A DNA stretch of 64,000 nucleotides from an uncultured Planctomycetota bacterium (GCA_963802335.1 CAWDIE010000002.1:172629-236628), one strand, 5' to 3'; counted from the stretch's first letter, positions 1 through 9,487 are shown. Program-made: numbers and translations. Notes: a model not told the origin generated them from the sequence alone.

Positions 1-295
1 GCTCCGTGTCGCAGAGCAGCGGGAAGTTCACGTCGTGCTTCTCATGGAACTTCGCCTGACGCGATGCGGGATCCGGACTGACGCCGAACACCTGCACACC
101 CAGGCCTTCGAACGCGCCCCGGGCATCCCGGAAATCGCATGTCTCCTGGGTGCACCCGGGGGTCGAGGCCTTCGGATAGAAGAAGAGAACGTAGGTCGCC
201 AGGTCCTTGGCGTGGATCGTCTCACCGCCCTGGTCTTCGAGTCGAAAGCGGGGAGCCTTCGACCCCACGTCCAGCGGCTTCTTCGCCTGTGCCAT
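1..295 (-). CDS. bcp: Peroxiredoxin Bcp/PrxQ (3' end runs off the window; absent from the ORF track)
   Basis: Manual translation from ATG 295: MAQAKKPLDVGSKAPRFRLEDQGG...VLFFYPKASTPGCTQETCDFRD...GVSPD...FPLLCD. The FYPKAxTPGCTxExCxFRD motif is the Bcp signature; GGAGGAG RBS upstream. Confidence 0.92.
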   Translation of the reverse strand, partial: MAQAKKPLDVGSKAPRFRLEDQGGETIHAKDLATYVLFFYPKASTPGCTQETCDFRDARGAFEGLGVQVFGVSPDPASRQAKFHEKHDVNFPLLCDTE

Positions 296-394
296 GCGCC
301 TCTCCTCCGGGTTTCGCTGGGGATTCTCGCAGGCGGAAGGGGCCGCGGCGAGGCCCCTGGTCGCGGTAGGCTGCGCCCGGGCAGGAGGCGAGCC

Positions 395-814
395 ATGCGC
401 ATGGTCCAGACAGGAATCGAGGTCCCGACCCCGGGGCGGGGGGCCATCGAGGTGAGCCGCGCCGTGGCCGACGTGGTGGAGGCGTCGGGGGTGGCCACCG
501 GCTTGTGCGTTGTCTACTGCCGCCACACGTCCTGCAGTCTCGTGATCCAGGAGAACGCGGATCCGAGCGCGCGCGCCGACCTGATGGCCTGGCTCGAGCG
601 GCTCGCGCCGGATGGCGACGCCGCGTACACCCATCGCGCCGAGGGTCCCGACGACATGCCAGCCCATCTGCGGGCCGCCGTGACCTCGACCTCCGAGTCG
701 ATCCCCATCGCCGACGGACACCTGGCGTTGGGCACCTGGCAAGGCCTCTTCCTGCTCGAGCACCGCAAGCGACCCCATCGTCGCCACCTGCTCGTCCACG
801 TGATGGGCGCCTGA
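395..814 (+). CDS. yjbQ: YjbQ/UPF0047 family protein (secondary thiamine-phosphate synthase-like)
   Basis: HTSCSLVIQENADP, EGPDDMPAH and LGTWQG motifs; AGGAGG RBS before ATG 395. Confidence 0.9.
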   Translation: MRMVQTGIEVPTPGRGAIEVSRAVADVVEASGVATGLCVVYCRHTSCSLVIQENADPSARADLMAWLERLAPDGDAAYTHRAEGPDDMPAHLRAAVTSTSESIPIADGHLALGTWQGLFLLEHRKRPHRRHLLVHVMGA

Positions 815-817
815 GGG

Positions 818-1780
818 GTGGTGGGGCTCTCCGGCGAGGGGCGACGCGCCGCCCTGCTTTCCCGTGTCGGCCTCGGTCTCGCGGTCACGCTCCTGTTCGC
901 GGTCGGGCCGGCGTGGGCCGCCACCACCGCTGTCGCCGCGATGACGTACCTCGACGCCGCCGTCCTCGGCATCGTGGAGGGAGTGACCGAGTATCTCCCC
1001 GTCAGCTCCACCGGGCACCTCATCCTCGCCCAGCGTGCGCTGGGACTGCCGGCGTCCGAGGCGGCAAACGCATTCGCGATCGTGATCCAGGCGGGGGCCA
1101 TCGCGGCCGTGCTGCTCCTCTACCGCTCGCGCGTCGCCTCGATGTTGCAGGGGCTCCTCGGTCGCGACGAAGCCGGCCGTCGTCTCCTGCTCGCCGTCCT
1201 GGTGGCCTTCGTGCCGGCCGCCGTGGTGGGCCTCCTGTTCAACGACTGGATCGAAGAGCAGCTCTTCGGCCTCTGGCCGGTGGTCGCCGCCTGGTTCATC
1301 GGCGGCCTGGCCATCCTCGCTTTCTCGGGGCGGGGGCGATCGCCCGGGGCCCGGGACCTCGGCGACCTGACCTGGCGGCTCGCACTCGTGATCGGGCTCG
1401 CCCAGTGCCTGGCGCTCTGGCCCGGGACCAGCCGCAGTCTCGTCACCATCGTGGGGGGGCTCGCCGTCGGCCTGAGCATCTCGGCCGCGGTCGAGTTCTC
1501 GTTCCTGCTGGGCCTTCTCACGCTGACCGCCGCCACGGCCTACAAGGCGCTGGACAGCGGCGCCGTCATGCTCGAGGCCTACGGTCCCGGCACGATCGTC
1601 GTCGGCTTCCTCACCGCCGCCGTGTCCGCTGCCCTCGCCGTGCGTTGGCTCGTCCACTGGCTCACGCGCCACGGCCTCGGGGTCTTCGGCTGGTACCGGA
1701 TCGCCCTGGCCTTGATCGTGGCCGGCCTCCTGCTCGCGGGGGCGCTTGCCCCGACGCCTACGCCGTTGCCTGCACCGTGA
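818..1780 (+). CDS. uppP: Undecaprenyl-diphosphate phosphatase (BacA family)
   Basis: [24 protein letters not shown] and PGTSRS motifs; multi-TM. The start may be further downstream (ATG 941). Confidence 0.93.
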   Translation: MVGLSGEGRRAALLSRVGLGLAVTLLFAVGPAWAATTAVAAMTYLDAAVLGIVEGVTEYLPVSSTGHLILAQRALGLPASEAANAFAIVIQAGAIAAVLLLYRSRVASMLQGLLGRDEAGRRLLLAVLVAFVPAAVVGLLFNDWIEEQLFGLWPVVAAWFIGGLAILAFSGRGRSPGARDLGDLTWRLALVIGLAQCLALWPGTSRSLVTIVGGLAVGLSISAAVEFSFLLGLLTLTAATAYKALDSGAVMLEAYGPGTIVVGFLTAAVSAALAVRWLVHWLTRHGLGVFGWYRIALALIVAGLLLAGALAPTPTPLPAP

Positions 1781-2693
1781 CGAGGGTGAGGTAGGCGACA
1801 TACACGGTGAGCAGCAGGATGCCCTGCCAGCGGCGCAATCGTCCCCCGAACCACGAGAAGATCCCCACCGCGACGATGAGCCCCGTCATGAGCGGAAGGT
1901 CGAATTGGAACAGGCGACCGCCATCGTCGGGCTGAGGCAGGATCACGCCGGCGACGCCCAGGACCAGCAGGAGATTGAAGATGTTCGACCCCACCACGTT
2001 GCCGACGGCCAGCTCCATCTGACCCTTGCGGGCGGCGGCGACGGTCGTCGCGAGCTCCGGCAGGCTGGTTCCGAAGGCCACCAGCGTCAGGCCGATGACG
2101 ACTTCCGAGACGCCGAGCCACCGCGCGACTTCGGAGGAGCCGAGCACGAAGAGCTTGGCGCCGCCGACCAGCGAGGCGAGGCCGAAAATCGCCATCGTCA
2201 GCTCCGCCCACGGACGGTGCGGATCCTCGTGGGGCTGGGGCGCGGGGCGTCGACCCGCGGTGGCGAACGCGTAGAGCGCATAGATCGTGAAGGACCCGAG
2301 GAGCAGCGCACCGTCCAGCCGGCCGAACTCGCCGTCCCGGAAGAGGAACCACACGGCGAAGCTCGCCACGATGGCGATGGGCAGCTCGACACGGCGGATG
2401 AAGCCGTCAACCATCACCGCGTGGATCGTCACCGCGACGCCGAGGATCAAGGCGACGTTGGCGATGTTGGAGCCCACGACGTTACCCGAGGCGAGTCCCG
2501 CCTGGCCCTCGCCGGCCGCGATGGCGCTGACGGCGAGCTCTGGTGCCGACGTGGCGAATCCCAGGATGAAGACGCCGGCCAACGAGGATGGCATCCCGCG
2601 TCCCCGCGCGAAGCGGTCGGCGCCGTCCACGAGCCAGTCTCCGCCCTTCCAGAGGAGGAGCACGCCTGCGATGAGGTAGAGGGCCGGAAGCAT
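1758..2693 (-). CDS. Ca2+/Na+ antiporter (YrbG/CaCA family)
   Basis: Two alpha repeats: ATSAPE...[10 protein letters not shown] and GTSLPE...[10 protein letters not shown]; about 10 TM segments. Confidence 0.92.
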   Translation of the reverse strand: MLPALYLIAGVLLLWKGGDWLVDGADRFARGRGMPSSLAGVFILGFATSAPELAVSAIAAGEGQAGLASGNVVGSNIANVALILGVAVTIHAVMVDGFIRRVELPIAIVASFAVWFLFRDGEFGRLDGALLLGSFTIYALYAFATAGRRPAPQPHEDPHRPWAELTMAIFGLASLVGGAKLFVLGSSEVARWLGVSEVVIGLTLVAFGTSLPELATTVAAARKGQMELAVGNVVGSNIFNLLLVLGVAGVILPQPDDGGRLFQFDLPLMTGLIVAVGIFSWFGGRLRRWQGILLLTVYVAYLTLVTVQATA

Positions 2694-2755
2694 GGGCTCA
2701 TGTGTAGCGGCGACCGGGGGTTGGGGGAAGCCCGATCGCCGGGTAGCTTGCGGGC

Positions 2756-3955
2756 GTGCCTCGAATCGACCGTCTGACGGCGTACCGCCGCCGCCGCGAA
2801 CGCCTGGTGCTCGGCCTCATGAGCGGCATGAGTCAGGATGGCCTCGACCTCGCCCTCGTGCGCCTCGCCGACGCCGCGCCCGAGCGGGCCTCACCACACG
2901 GCCTCGACGTCGAGCTCGTCGCCCACGCCACGCGGCCGTACGGAGACACGCTGCGCGAGCACATTCGCGGTGCCCTGAGCGGCGGCGCCCGCGAGGTGAA
3001 CCTCCTCGGGTACGACCTGGCGGAGCGCTGGGCGGCCGACGTGCTCGCGTTCCTCGCCGAGGTCGGCGTCGATCCCACCGCGGTGCATGCGCTCGCTTCC
3101 CACGGGCAGACGATCGACCACGTCCCCGCCGACCCGGCGGGGGGGCGTCCCGCTGCTACGCTCCAGGTGGGTGACGGGGATGTCCTAGCCGAGCGCACCG
3201 GTCTCCTCACCGTGTCCGACTTCCGTTGTCGTGACGTCGCCGCCGGCGGCGACGGCGCGCCGCTCGTTCCCTACGCCGAGTGGGCTCGGCACGCCCGGCC
3301 GGGCGAAGTGAGCGCGAGCCAGAATTTGGGGAGCATCGCGAACGTCACCGTCGTGACGGAGGCGCTCGACGACGTGCTCGCGTTCGACGCGGGTCCCGCC
3401 AACGCGCTCATCGACGCGTTCGCACGCAGCGCTACGGGCGAGGCCAACGCGATCGATCGGGACGGGGGCCTGTCGGCCGCGGGGCGTGTCGATCCGGACC
3501 TGCTCGCCTACGCCCTCGCGACCCGCCAGACGTACCTGGACCGCGAGCCCCCGAAGAGCGCCGGCTACAGCGAGTTCGGTCCGGCGTGGGCGATCGACCT
3601 CGCCCCGCGACTCGCCGCCGTGGCCTCCGCCGATCGGGTGCGCACCGCGGTCGAACTGACGGCCGTGTGTCTCGCCGATCAGTACCGCCGCTTCATCGTG
3701 CCTCGCTGGCCGACGCTGAGGGACGTGCGCGTGACCGGAGGTGGCGCGCTCAACCCCACGCTCATGGCGTCGCTCGACACGCATCTCGGCGCGCTCGGCC
3801 TTCGCCTCGTCGTCCCCGAGCGTCGCTGGATCGACGCGAGTGAAGCCGTGGCGTTCGCCATCCTCGGAGACGCTACGCTCCGCGGATTGCCCGCCAATGT
3901 GCCGAGCGCCACCGGGGCCCGGCGCGCCGTGCCGCTCGGGAAGATCTCCCTGTAG
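2756..3955 (+). CDS. anmK: Anhydro-N-acetylmuramic acid kinase
   Basis: GLMSGMSQDGLD, SHGQT, DFRxRDVAAGGDGAPLVP, NLGSIAN, FDAGPAN and GGGALN motifs. Confidence 0.93.
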   Translation: MPRIDRLTAYRRRRERLVLGLMSGMSQDGLDLALVRLADAAPERASPHGLDVELVAHATRPYGDTLREHIRGALSGGAREVNLLGYDLAERWAADVLAFLAEVGVDPTAVHALASHGQTIDHVPADPAGGRPAATLQVGDGDVLAERTGLLTVSDFRCRDVAAGGDGAPLVPYAEWARHARPGEVSASQNLGSIANVTVVTEALDDVLAFDAGPANALIDAFARSATGEANAIDRDGGLSAAGRVDPDLLAYALATRQTYLDREPPKSAGYSEFGPAWAIDLAPRLAAVASADRVRTAVELTAVCLADQYRRFIVPRWPTLRDVRVTGGGALNPTLMASLDTHLGALGLRLVVPERRWIDASEAVAFAILGDATLRGLPANVPSATGARRAVPLGKISL

Positions 3956-3978
3956 GGGCAGAGCGGTAGGGTACGCGC

Positions 3979-4440
3979 ATGTCGCCGCCGCCTCCCCTCC
4001 GCGTGCCCGTCGAGATCCTGGCTCACGCCGAAGGACTCGACCTCCCCAGCTATGCCACGGCAGGCGCAGCCGGCATGGACCTGCGCGCCGCCGTGGCGTC
4101 TCCGCTGACACTGAGGCCCGGCGAGCGGATACTCGTGCCCACCGGCCTGCGCATTGCCGTGCCGCCCGGCTTCGAGGCCCAGGTGCGTCCCCGGAGCGGG
4201 TGGGCCTTGCGTCAGGGCGTCATCGTGCCCAACGCGCCCGGCACGATCGACAGTGACTACCGCGGCGAGGTGATGGTCATTCTGGCGACCATCGGCACGG
4301 AGCCGGTGGAGGTCGCCCGCGGCGCGCGGATCGCCCAGCTGGTCTTCGCGCCCGTCGCGCGCGGGGCGTGGGCGGTCGTCGAGCGGCTCGACGAGACCGC
4401 GCGCGGTGCCGGGGGCTTCGGCCACACGGGGCACGCCTGA
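3979..4440 (+). CDS. dut: dUTP diphosphatase
   Basis: [27 protein letters not shown] and [10 protein letters not shown] motifs. Confidence 0.97.
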   Translation: MSPPPPLRVPVEILAHAEGLDLPSYATAGAAGMDLRAAVASPLTLRPGERILVPTGLRIAVPPGFEAQVRPRSGWALRQGVIVPNAPGTIDSDYRGEVMVILATIGTEPVEVARGARIAQLVFAPVARGAWAVVERLDETARGAGGFGHTGHA

Positions 4441-4516
4441 GCCCCCGGCCCCGCGAAGGGGACCTGGCGGGGACCTGCGCCGACCCGGTATGGCGCTGAC
4501 GCGGCGCGAGCCCACG

Positions 4517-4546
4517 AAAGCGCCCCCGCGCCGAAGCGCGGGGGCG
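4517..4546 (-). terminator. GC-rich hairpin with a cUUCGg loop between the convergent dut and octaheme cytochrome genes
   Basis: 11-bp stem 4521-4531/4536-4546; loop reads TTCG on the minus strand, followed by CTTT. The U-tract is short. Confidence 0.55.
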
Positions 4547-4603
4547 TGAGGGTGAGAGGCCCGGGGCCCCGCGTGGGCTCCCGCGTAGGGAGCCGTGGCT
4601 TGG

Positions 4604-7183
4604 TTAGTTGCCCATCGGGATTCCGGTGGCCGGGTAGCCCAGGACCTCGAGGTTCGTCATGAGGTCCACGACGGGCTCCAGCACCGGCATCCACTTGCCG
4701 CCGTTCCACGTCAGATCGTCCGTCGTGAGGCCGGTGCCTTCCAGCGCGGTAGCGGCATCGGCCGGGCGGTAGCCGGACGGATCGTTGGGGGCGAACCAGT
4801 TCAGGACGAAGGTGTTCTTGCTGTCGCGTACGTACGTGGTGTCGCCGTGGATGTCCACGTTCGTTCCAGCCAGCACGTCTTCGCTCGACGTCGCGAGGCC
4901 AAGGTCCACGAGTTCCTGCACCTGGTAGTAGCGCCATGCGTAGACGGGGAACTCGAAGGTGCCCATCGGACCCATGTCCACGAGTTCCTTGCGACCCACG
5001 GGGATCTTGTGGGCGAGAACACCGTTGCCGCCGTGGCAATCCGCGCAACCGGCCGCACCGAGCGCCTGCTCCTTCGGCTGAACGCCGTGTCCACCGAGGG
5101 TGACGTTCGAGAAGGCCGGGTAGTTCGCCACGGCCTGGAGGAACGCCTCCTGCTGATCCGGCGGGAGCTGCTGGGCCTGCATCTGCAGGAACATCTTCAT
5201 GAGACTGCCGTCGGGCAGCTTCATGCTGATCGTGTCCTTCACGCTCTCGTACATCGGATACCACTGGTAGTCGGCCGGGAAGCCCATGGGGCCGTTGAAC
5301 CCCATGAACTGGCGGAGGCCGGCGTTCGATGCCATGAACATGTCGAACAGGAAGTCCTGGCCGGCGTCGATGATGCCGTCGGCGTTCTGGTCGAACTCCG
5401 AGCCGGTCTTGGCGAGGTAGTGCTCGAACCCGAAGTCGGCTTTGTCGAAGTACGCCAGGTTGGGGAAGATCTGCATGAGCGCCATGGTCTGGACGCTCGG
5501 GTCGGGGTTGCCGAAGTCGGCCAGCGTGACCGCGCGAACCTCGTCCGGTGTCATGTCGAGCATGTCGAGCGCGTAGAACGCTTCCGCATTGCTTCCATTT
5601 GCGAAGAAGCGATACATCGAGTGAGCGTTGTACGGGCCGACGTCGTTGTCGACCGTGGCGCCGTTGAAGTAGCGCGAGTCGAAGACCATGCCGTTCGCCA
5701 TCGGCTTGAACGGGACGACCTGGGCATTCGGCATGCCACGCACCGCCAGCGTCTGGGCGAGGAAGCTCGTGCCGCCGTTGAACCAGACCAGCATCGGGCG
5801 GGTCTTGAACGCTTCCCAGTCCGCATCGATGTCGGCCCGGTCCTCCGCGATGTACATGTCTGCGACGACGAGCTTCGTGTCGCGACCGTCTTCGTTCCGC
5901 GCGAACGAGACGTGGCCGCCGTGACCGAAGAGCGAGTAGGTGATGCCGCTCGCCCACGTGATGTGGCAGGCCTGGCAGGAGAACGTCTCGAGGTGGCGGT
6001 CGCTGTGGATCAGTGCGTTGGCTTGCTGCAGGTCAGCGACGTCGTGGCACGTCTGGCAGGTCAGGTCGGTCGGATCGTTCGGATCCGGCGCCGTCCCGGG
6101 AGGCGGCGGCGTGTAGTCCGCCGCGGCCAGGTCGCCGCCGACCATGTGCCCACGGACGTACTTGTGGTCGTCCACGGTATGGCAGGTGGTGCACTGGTTG
6201 GTCGTGCCGGCGAACGGGCCCGTATCGAGGGCCGCGTGGACGTCGTGACCCTCGAGGAACAAGGTGCCGCGCTTGTACCCCGTGCGCGCGTGCTCATGGC
6301 AGCGCAGGCAGGCGTGCTCGTCGGGGTTCGTGATCGACGACAGGGCATCCAGGCTGCGATCCTGCGCTACGGTCGGCCACGGCGTGTCCGGCTGTCCGTC
6401 GCCGGTCGTGTCCACCATCAGCGGGGCGTCGAGGACGCCGTCGCCGTCCGTGTCGATGACGAGGTCCGGCTGACCGTCGTGATTGAAGTCGGCGTTGTCG
6501 CGCGAGTCGCGCGCCACACCCACCAGGGTCGGCGAGTGTGCGTCGGGCGTCGCGGTGCCGGCGATGTCGGCCAAGACGCCCTCGGTCGGGTGCGACTTGT
6601 ACTCTTCCGCGTGACACACCAGGCAGTCGATGCCGCCGTCGATGAGCTGCGTGGCCTGCCCCTGCGGATCGGCGACACCCATCTGCTGGAACATGCTGGC
6701 GAAGAAGCCCTCCATGACCGGCAGGTAGCGACCGACGTGGCACTTGGCGCACTCGCCCAGGCCGATGTTGCTCGTCGAGTTCGTGAGGCCCGTCGTCGCG
6801 GGGAGACCGCAGGCGCGATCGAGCATGCCGTGCGCGCCGCCACCGGGGAACAGCACGCGCGGCGTGCGGCCGGTGAGCTTGAAGTGGACGGAGTCCTTCA
6901 CCTCGGCGACGGCATCTCCGTGGCACTTGATGCAGAGCGAACCAGCGAGGTCGCGGTCGACGTCGTCCTGCGTGACACGCTCGCCGTTGACGATGTAGGT
7001 GGCGCTTGACGGGTCGTACTCGAAGAAGTGCACGGGGACCGTGTTGCCGCCGGGCGGAAGCGGAATGGTGGGCCGGGCTTCGTGCCCGCCGCCGCACGCA
7101 CTGAGTGCGCCGAGGGCGATGAGGGCGGTGAACAGCGACAGGACGAGGTGGCGTGCTGTCTTGCCTTGGCGCGTGTGGGCCAT
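4604..7183 (-). CDS. Octaheme c-type cytochrome lipoprotein, divergent octaheme tetrathionate reductase (OTR)-like, 859 aa
   Basis: Start MAHTRQGK at 7183 with GGAG RBS; lipobox LSAC. Eight CxxCH (CIKCH, CAKCH, CLVCH, CLRCH, CTTCH, CQTCH, CQACH, CADCH) in a 7+1 layout with OTR-like landmarks DVH, WFNG, PFKP and HGVQPKEQALG. Acidic DxDxDG loops. Confidence 0.85.
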   Translation of the reverse strand: MAHTRQGKTARHLVLSLFTALIALGALSACGGGHEARPTIPLPPGGNTVPVHFFEYDPSSATYIVNGERVTQDDVDRDLAGSLCIKCHGDAVAEVKDSVHFKLTGRTPRVLFPGGGAHGMLDRACGLPATTGLTNSTSNIGLGECAKCHVGRYLPVMEGFFASMFQQMGVADPQGQATQLIDGGIDCLVCHAEEYKSHPTEGVLADIAGTATPDAHSPTLVGVARDSRDNADFNHDGQPDLVIDTDGDGVLDAPLMVDTTGDGQPDTPWPTVAQDRSLDALSSITNPDEHACLRCHEHARTGYKRGTLFLEGHDVHAALDTGPFAGTTNQCTTCHTVDDHKYVRGHMVGGDLAAADYTPPPPGTAPDPNDPTDLTCQTCHDVADLQQANALIHSDRHLETFSCQACHITWASGITYSLFGHGGHVSFARNEDGRDTKLVVADMYIAEDRADIDADWEAFKTRPMLVWFNGGTSFLAQTLAVRGMPNAQVVPFKPMANGMVFDSRYFNGATVDNDVGPYNAHSMYRFFANGSNAEAFYALDMLDMTPDEVRAVTLADFGNPDPSVQTMALMQIFPNLAYFDKADFGFEHYLAKTGSEFDQNADGIIDAGQDFLFDMFMASNAGLRQFMGFNGPMGFPADYQWYPMYESVKDTISMKLPDGSLMKMFLQMQAQQLPPDQQEAFLQAVANYPAFSNVTLGGHGVQPKEQALGAAGCADCHGGNGVLAHKIPVGRKELVDMGPMGTFEFPVYAWRYYQVQELVDLGLATSSEDVLAGTNVDIHGDTTYVRDSKNTFVLNWFAPNDPSGYRPADAATALEGTGLTTDDLTWNGGKWMPVLEPVVDLMTNLEVLGYPATGIPMGN

Positions 7184-7347
7184 GACGGTGGTCTCCAGGA
7201 GGCGGGTCGCCCTATTCGGGCAGCGCCCGCGCGATGCGTGGCGGGATGCGATGGACATCCCACACCTCATCATCACCGCTGCCGCCCAAATGGGCATGGT
7301 CCGGGGGGGGGGTATCCCTCCCCCCTGGAGGGGAGGGGGCTCTTGAC

Positions 7348-8028
7348 TCAGACCGCGCAGGATCCGCCCGAGGCGCCCACCAGACCGTTCTCCACCGCGT
7401 AGCGAACCGCTTCGGCGCGCGTCTTGAGACCGGTCTTGCGGTAGACCTGCTTCAGGTGGCTGCGCACCGTCGACGGCGCGACGAAGAGCCGGTTGGCGAT
7501 CTCGACGTTCCCCAGTCCCTCGCCGACCAGGCTCAGCACCTTCACCTCTTGTCCGGTCAGGCCCTCGCTGGCCGTGTCGCCAGCCGGCCCCGTCGCGCGC
7601 GTGGCTTGGAGCAGGCGTTCGGTCGCCTCTTCCGAGAGTTGGACCTGGATCAGGCGCTCGGCCGTGACGTCGCAGAAAATGACAGCACGACCGATGCGAT
7701 GCCCGTTGCGATCGACGCAGTTCGTGGCGTTCACCTTCAGGGTGGCGCGTCGCGGCCAACGAATCTTGACCTCCCCCATGCCGCCCTCGGCGGACGTCTC
7801 GATCTCGTGCCAGAACGCGCTGAACTGGGGGTCGCGAAGGACGTGACCGAAGAGCTCCCCCTCGCATTCACCGAACCGCCGACCTAGGACGCCCAGCGCG
7901 GACCGGTTGGCCCACGTGACGCGGCCTTGGACGTCGAGCGTGACCAGTCCGATGCACATGCCCTCGAGGGCCCCGCTGACCAGACAGCTCGAAATGCAGG
8001 GTTTCTCCGGGGGGATCTCGCGAATCAT
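7348..8028 (-). CDS. PAS-domain LuxR-family (HTH) transcriptional regulator
   Basis: PAS-like GLVTLDVQGRVTWANRSA and C-terminal LTGQEVKVL...GLGNVEIANRLFVAPSTVRSHLKQVYRKTG. Start uncertain (8028 or 8061). Confidence 0.88.
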   Translation of the reverse strand: MIREIPPEKPCISSCLVSGALEGMCIGLVTLDVQGRVTWANRSALGVLGRRFGECEGELFGHVLRDPQFSAFWHEIETSAEGGMGEVKIRWPRRATLKVNATNCVDRNGHRIGRAVIFCDVTAERLIQVQLSEEATERLLQATRATGPAGDTASEGLTGQEVKVLSLVGEGLGNVEIANRLFVAPSTVRSHLKQVYRKTGLKTRAEAVRYAVENGLVGASGGSCAV

Positions 8029-8163
8029 GGCGTATCCAGGGTGGGGGGCTCGATGGAACACTTTACCAGTGCCCCCGCGCCACTCCCCGCGGGCGCGCCG
8101 CCATGTTCAGGGCTTCTTGGGTGGGCAGGACGGCCCCCCCGCCGGGGGCTGGGGGGCCGGGGG

Positions 8164-9033
8164 TCAGCCTCGCTTACGACCGGCGGCGCGGGTTCCCAGG
8201 TAGACACCGCCCGTGACGGCGACGAGGAGCCCGAGGAAGGCCCCCAGCGCGGGCGGCAGCCAGCGCGACGGGCCTCGATCCACCATCGCCAGGACACCCT
8301 GGAGGATCTCACTGGTCCGTTCGAGGAGCCGCGTGGTCTCCTCGACCTGGGCGGCATTGCGCCGGATGGCCTCCGTGGTCGTCTGGACCGCCGCCTGATT
8401 CTCAGCCAGCACGGTGGAGGTCTCCGTCAAGAGGCTGCGGGCGCCGCGAATCTCGGCTTGGGTCTCCCTGAGCAGGTCGCGGCTCGAGGCCACCGTGACC
8501 ATGGCTTCTTCGAGGGCGGTCTTGCCGGTCTTGAGGGCGCCCAACAGGCTCCCGACCTCTTCGCTGGTGGCCGCGAGCTGCCCGCCGCTCGACACCAGCG
8601 TCGTCTCCAGGCCCTGCATCCTGGTGTTCATGGTCCTGAGGAGTCCAAGGCCCTGGCCGAGCGCCTCGTTGGTCTCACCCATCGTGTTCATCGTGCGGCG
8701 CAGGGTGCCTTCGCTCTCGCCGAGAAGCGCGGTCGTCCGCTCCAGCCGCGTCGCGCCGGCCTGGATCGCCCGGTCCGCCGACTCGAGCTCCTGTCCGGCG
8801 CCGGCAATCGCTACGTTCATCCGCTCCACGAGGGCGACGCTCTCGTCGACGCTGACGTGGGCCCTCTGCATGCGAGCACACGTCTCGTCGAGGAGTGGCG
8901 TCATGCGGTCGACGGCGGCGCAGGCCGACGGCATGCTCGTGAGGCCGCGGCAGCCGCCGAGGCCCACGGCGAATGCGCCGAGACAGAGCACCATCCACGC
9001 GCCTGAGACCGGCTGGCCCGGCGTACGCATCAT
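8164..9033 (-). CDS. Hypothetical lipoprotein with a long coiled coil and C-terminal TM helix
   Basis: GGAGG RBS; lipobox-like LGGC; about 200 aa of heptad-patterned helix; C-terminal hydrophobic segment followed by a basic tail. Confidence 0.7.
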   Translation of the reverse strand: MMRTPGQPVSGAWMVLCLGAFAVGLGGCRGLTSMPSACAAVDRMTPLLDETCARMQRAHVSVDESVALVERMNVAIAGAGQELESADRAIQAGATRLERTTALLGESEGTLRRTMNTMGETNEALGQGLGLLRTMNTRMQGLETTLVSSGGQLAATSEEVGSLLGALKTGKTALEEAMVTVASSRDLLRETQAEIRGARSLLTETSTVLAENQAAVQTTTEAIRRNAAQVEETTRLLERTSEILQGVLAMVDRGPSRWLPPALGAFLGLLVAVTGGVYLGTRAAGRKRG

Positions 9034-9121
9034 CGACCTCCCGCTCGGGGCCCCTCGCCGAGGCTCCCACCCCGACCCATCCATCATCGGTCGAGGCCCG
9101 GGGGCTCGGTAGAGTCCTCCT

Positions 9122-9487
9122 ATGCCGGAAACAAGCATCCCTGTTGGCAACCTGGGCCCGAAGGGCCGTCGTCAGCGACGCGTGCTCGGCGTCGTGTTCC
9201 TCCTGCTCGGGCTCGCGGGACTTGCGTGGGTCGCCTTCACCGACCCTCCCCTCGCGCCACGGTTCCTGATCGCCATCCCCTTCTTCGTCGCCGGCCTGGG
9301 GCTGTTCCAGGCCCGCGCTTCGACCTGAGTCGTGCTCGCGTCGCGCGGTCTGCGCGACCTGGACGCGGGCGTAGAGCCGGTCGAGGACGAGGCGGCAAGG
9401 GCAGCGCTTGGGCGCATCGCCCGCGGCGTCTGGGGCAAGACCCTGGCCCTCGCCGCCGCTGGTCTGGTCGTCGCCCTCCTGCTCTGA
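9122..9487 (+). CDS. Candidate small membrane selenoprotein (121 aa, Sec69 encoded by TGA 9326-9328)
   Basis: The frame continues past the TGA for 52 codons with high-GC3 usage (VVLASRGLRDLDAGVEPVEDEAARAALGRIARGVWGKTLALAAAGLVVALLL), ending in a third hydrophobic helix; SECIS-like hairpin 11 nt after the TGA. Confidence 0.75.
9340..9358 (+). promoter_or_regulatory. Bacterial SECIS-like hairpin
   Basis: GTCGCGC-GGTCT-GCGCGAC, a perfect 7-bp stem starting 11 nt after the in-frame TGA. The GGUCU apex resembles the E. coli fdhF SECIS loop. Confidence 0.72.

Noticed and set aside
4595-7009. 804-aa plus-strand ORF and similar long antisense ORFs (e.g. 14290-16197, 29526-31958, 46689-48878, 61598-62836)
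   Set aside because: Shadow frames of real genes on the opposite strand, expected in high-GC DNA; no motifs.
7184-7867. 228-aa N-terminal extension of the octaheme ORF, suggesting a fusion
   Set aside because: Arg/Pro-rich off-frame translation overlapping the LuxR gene; the RBS and lipoprotein signal start at 7183.
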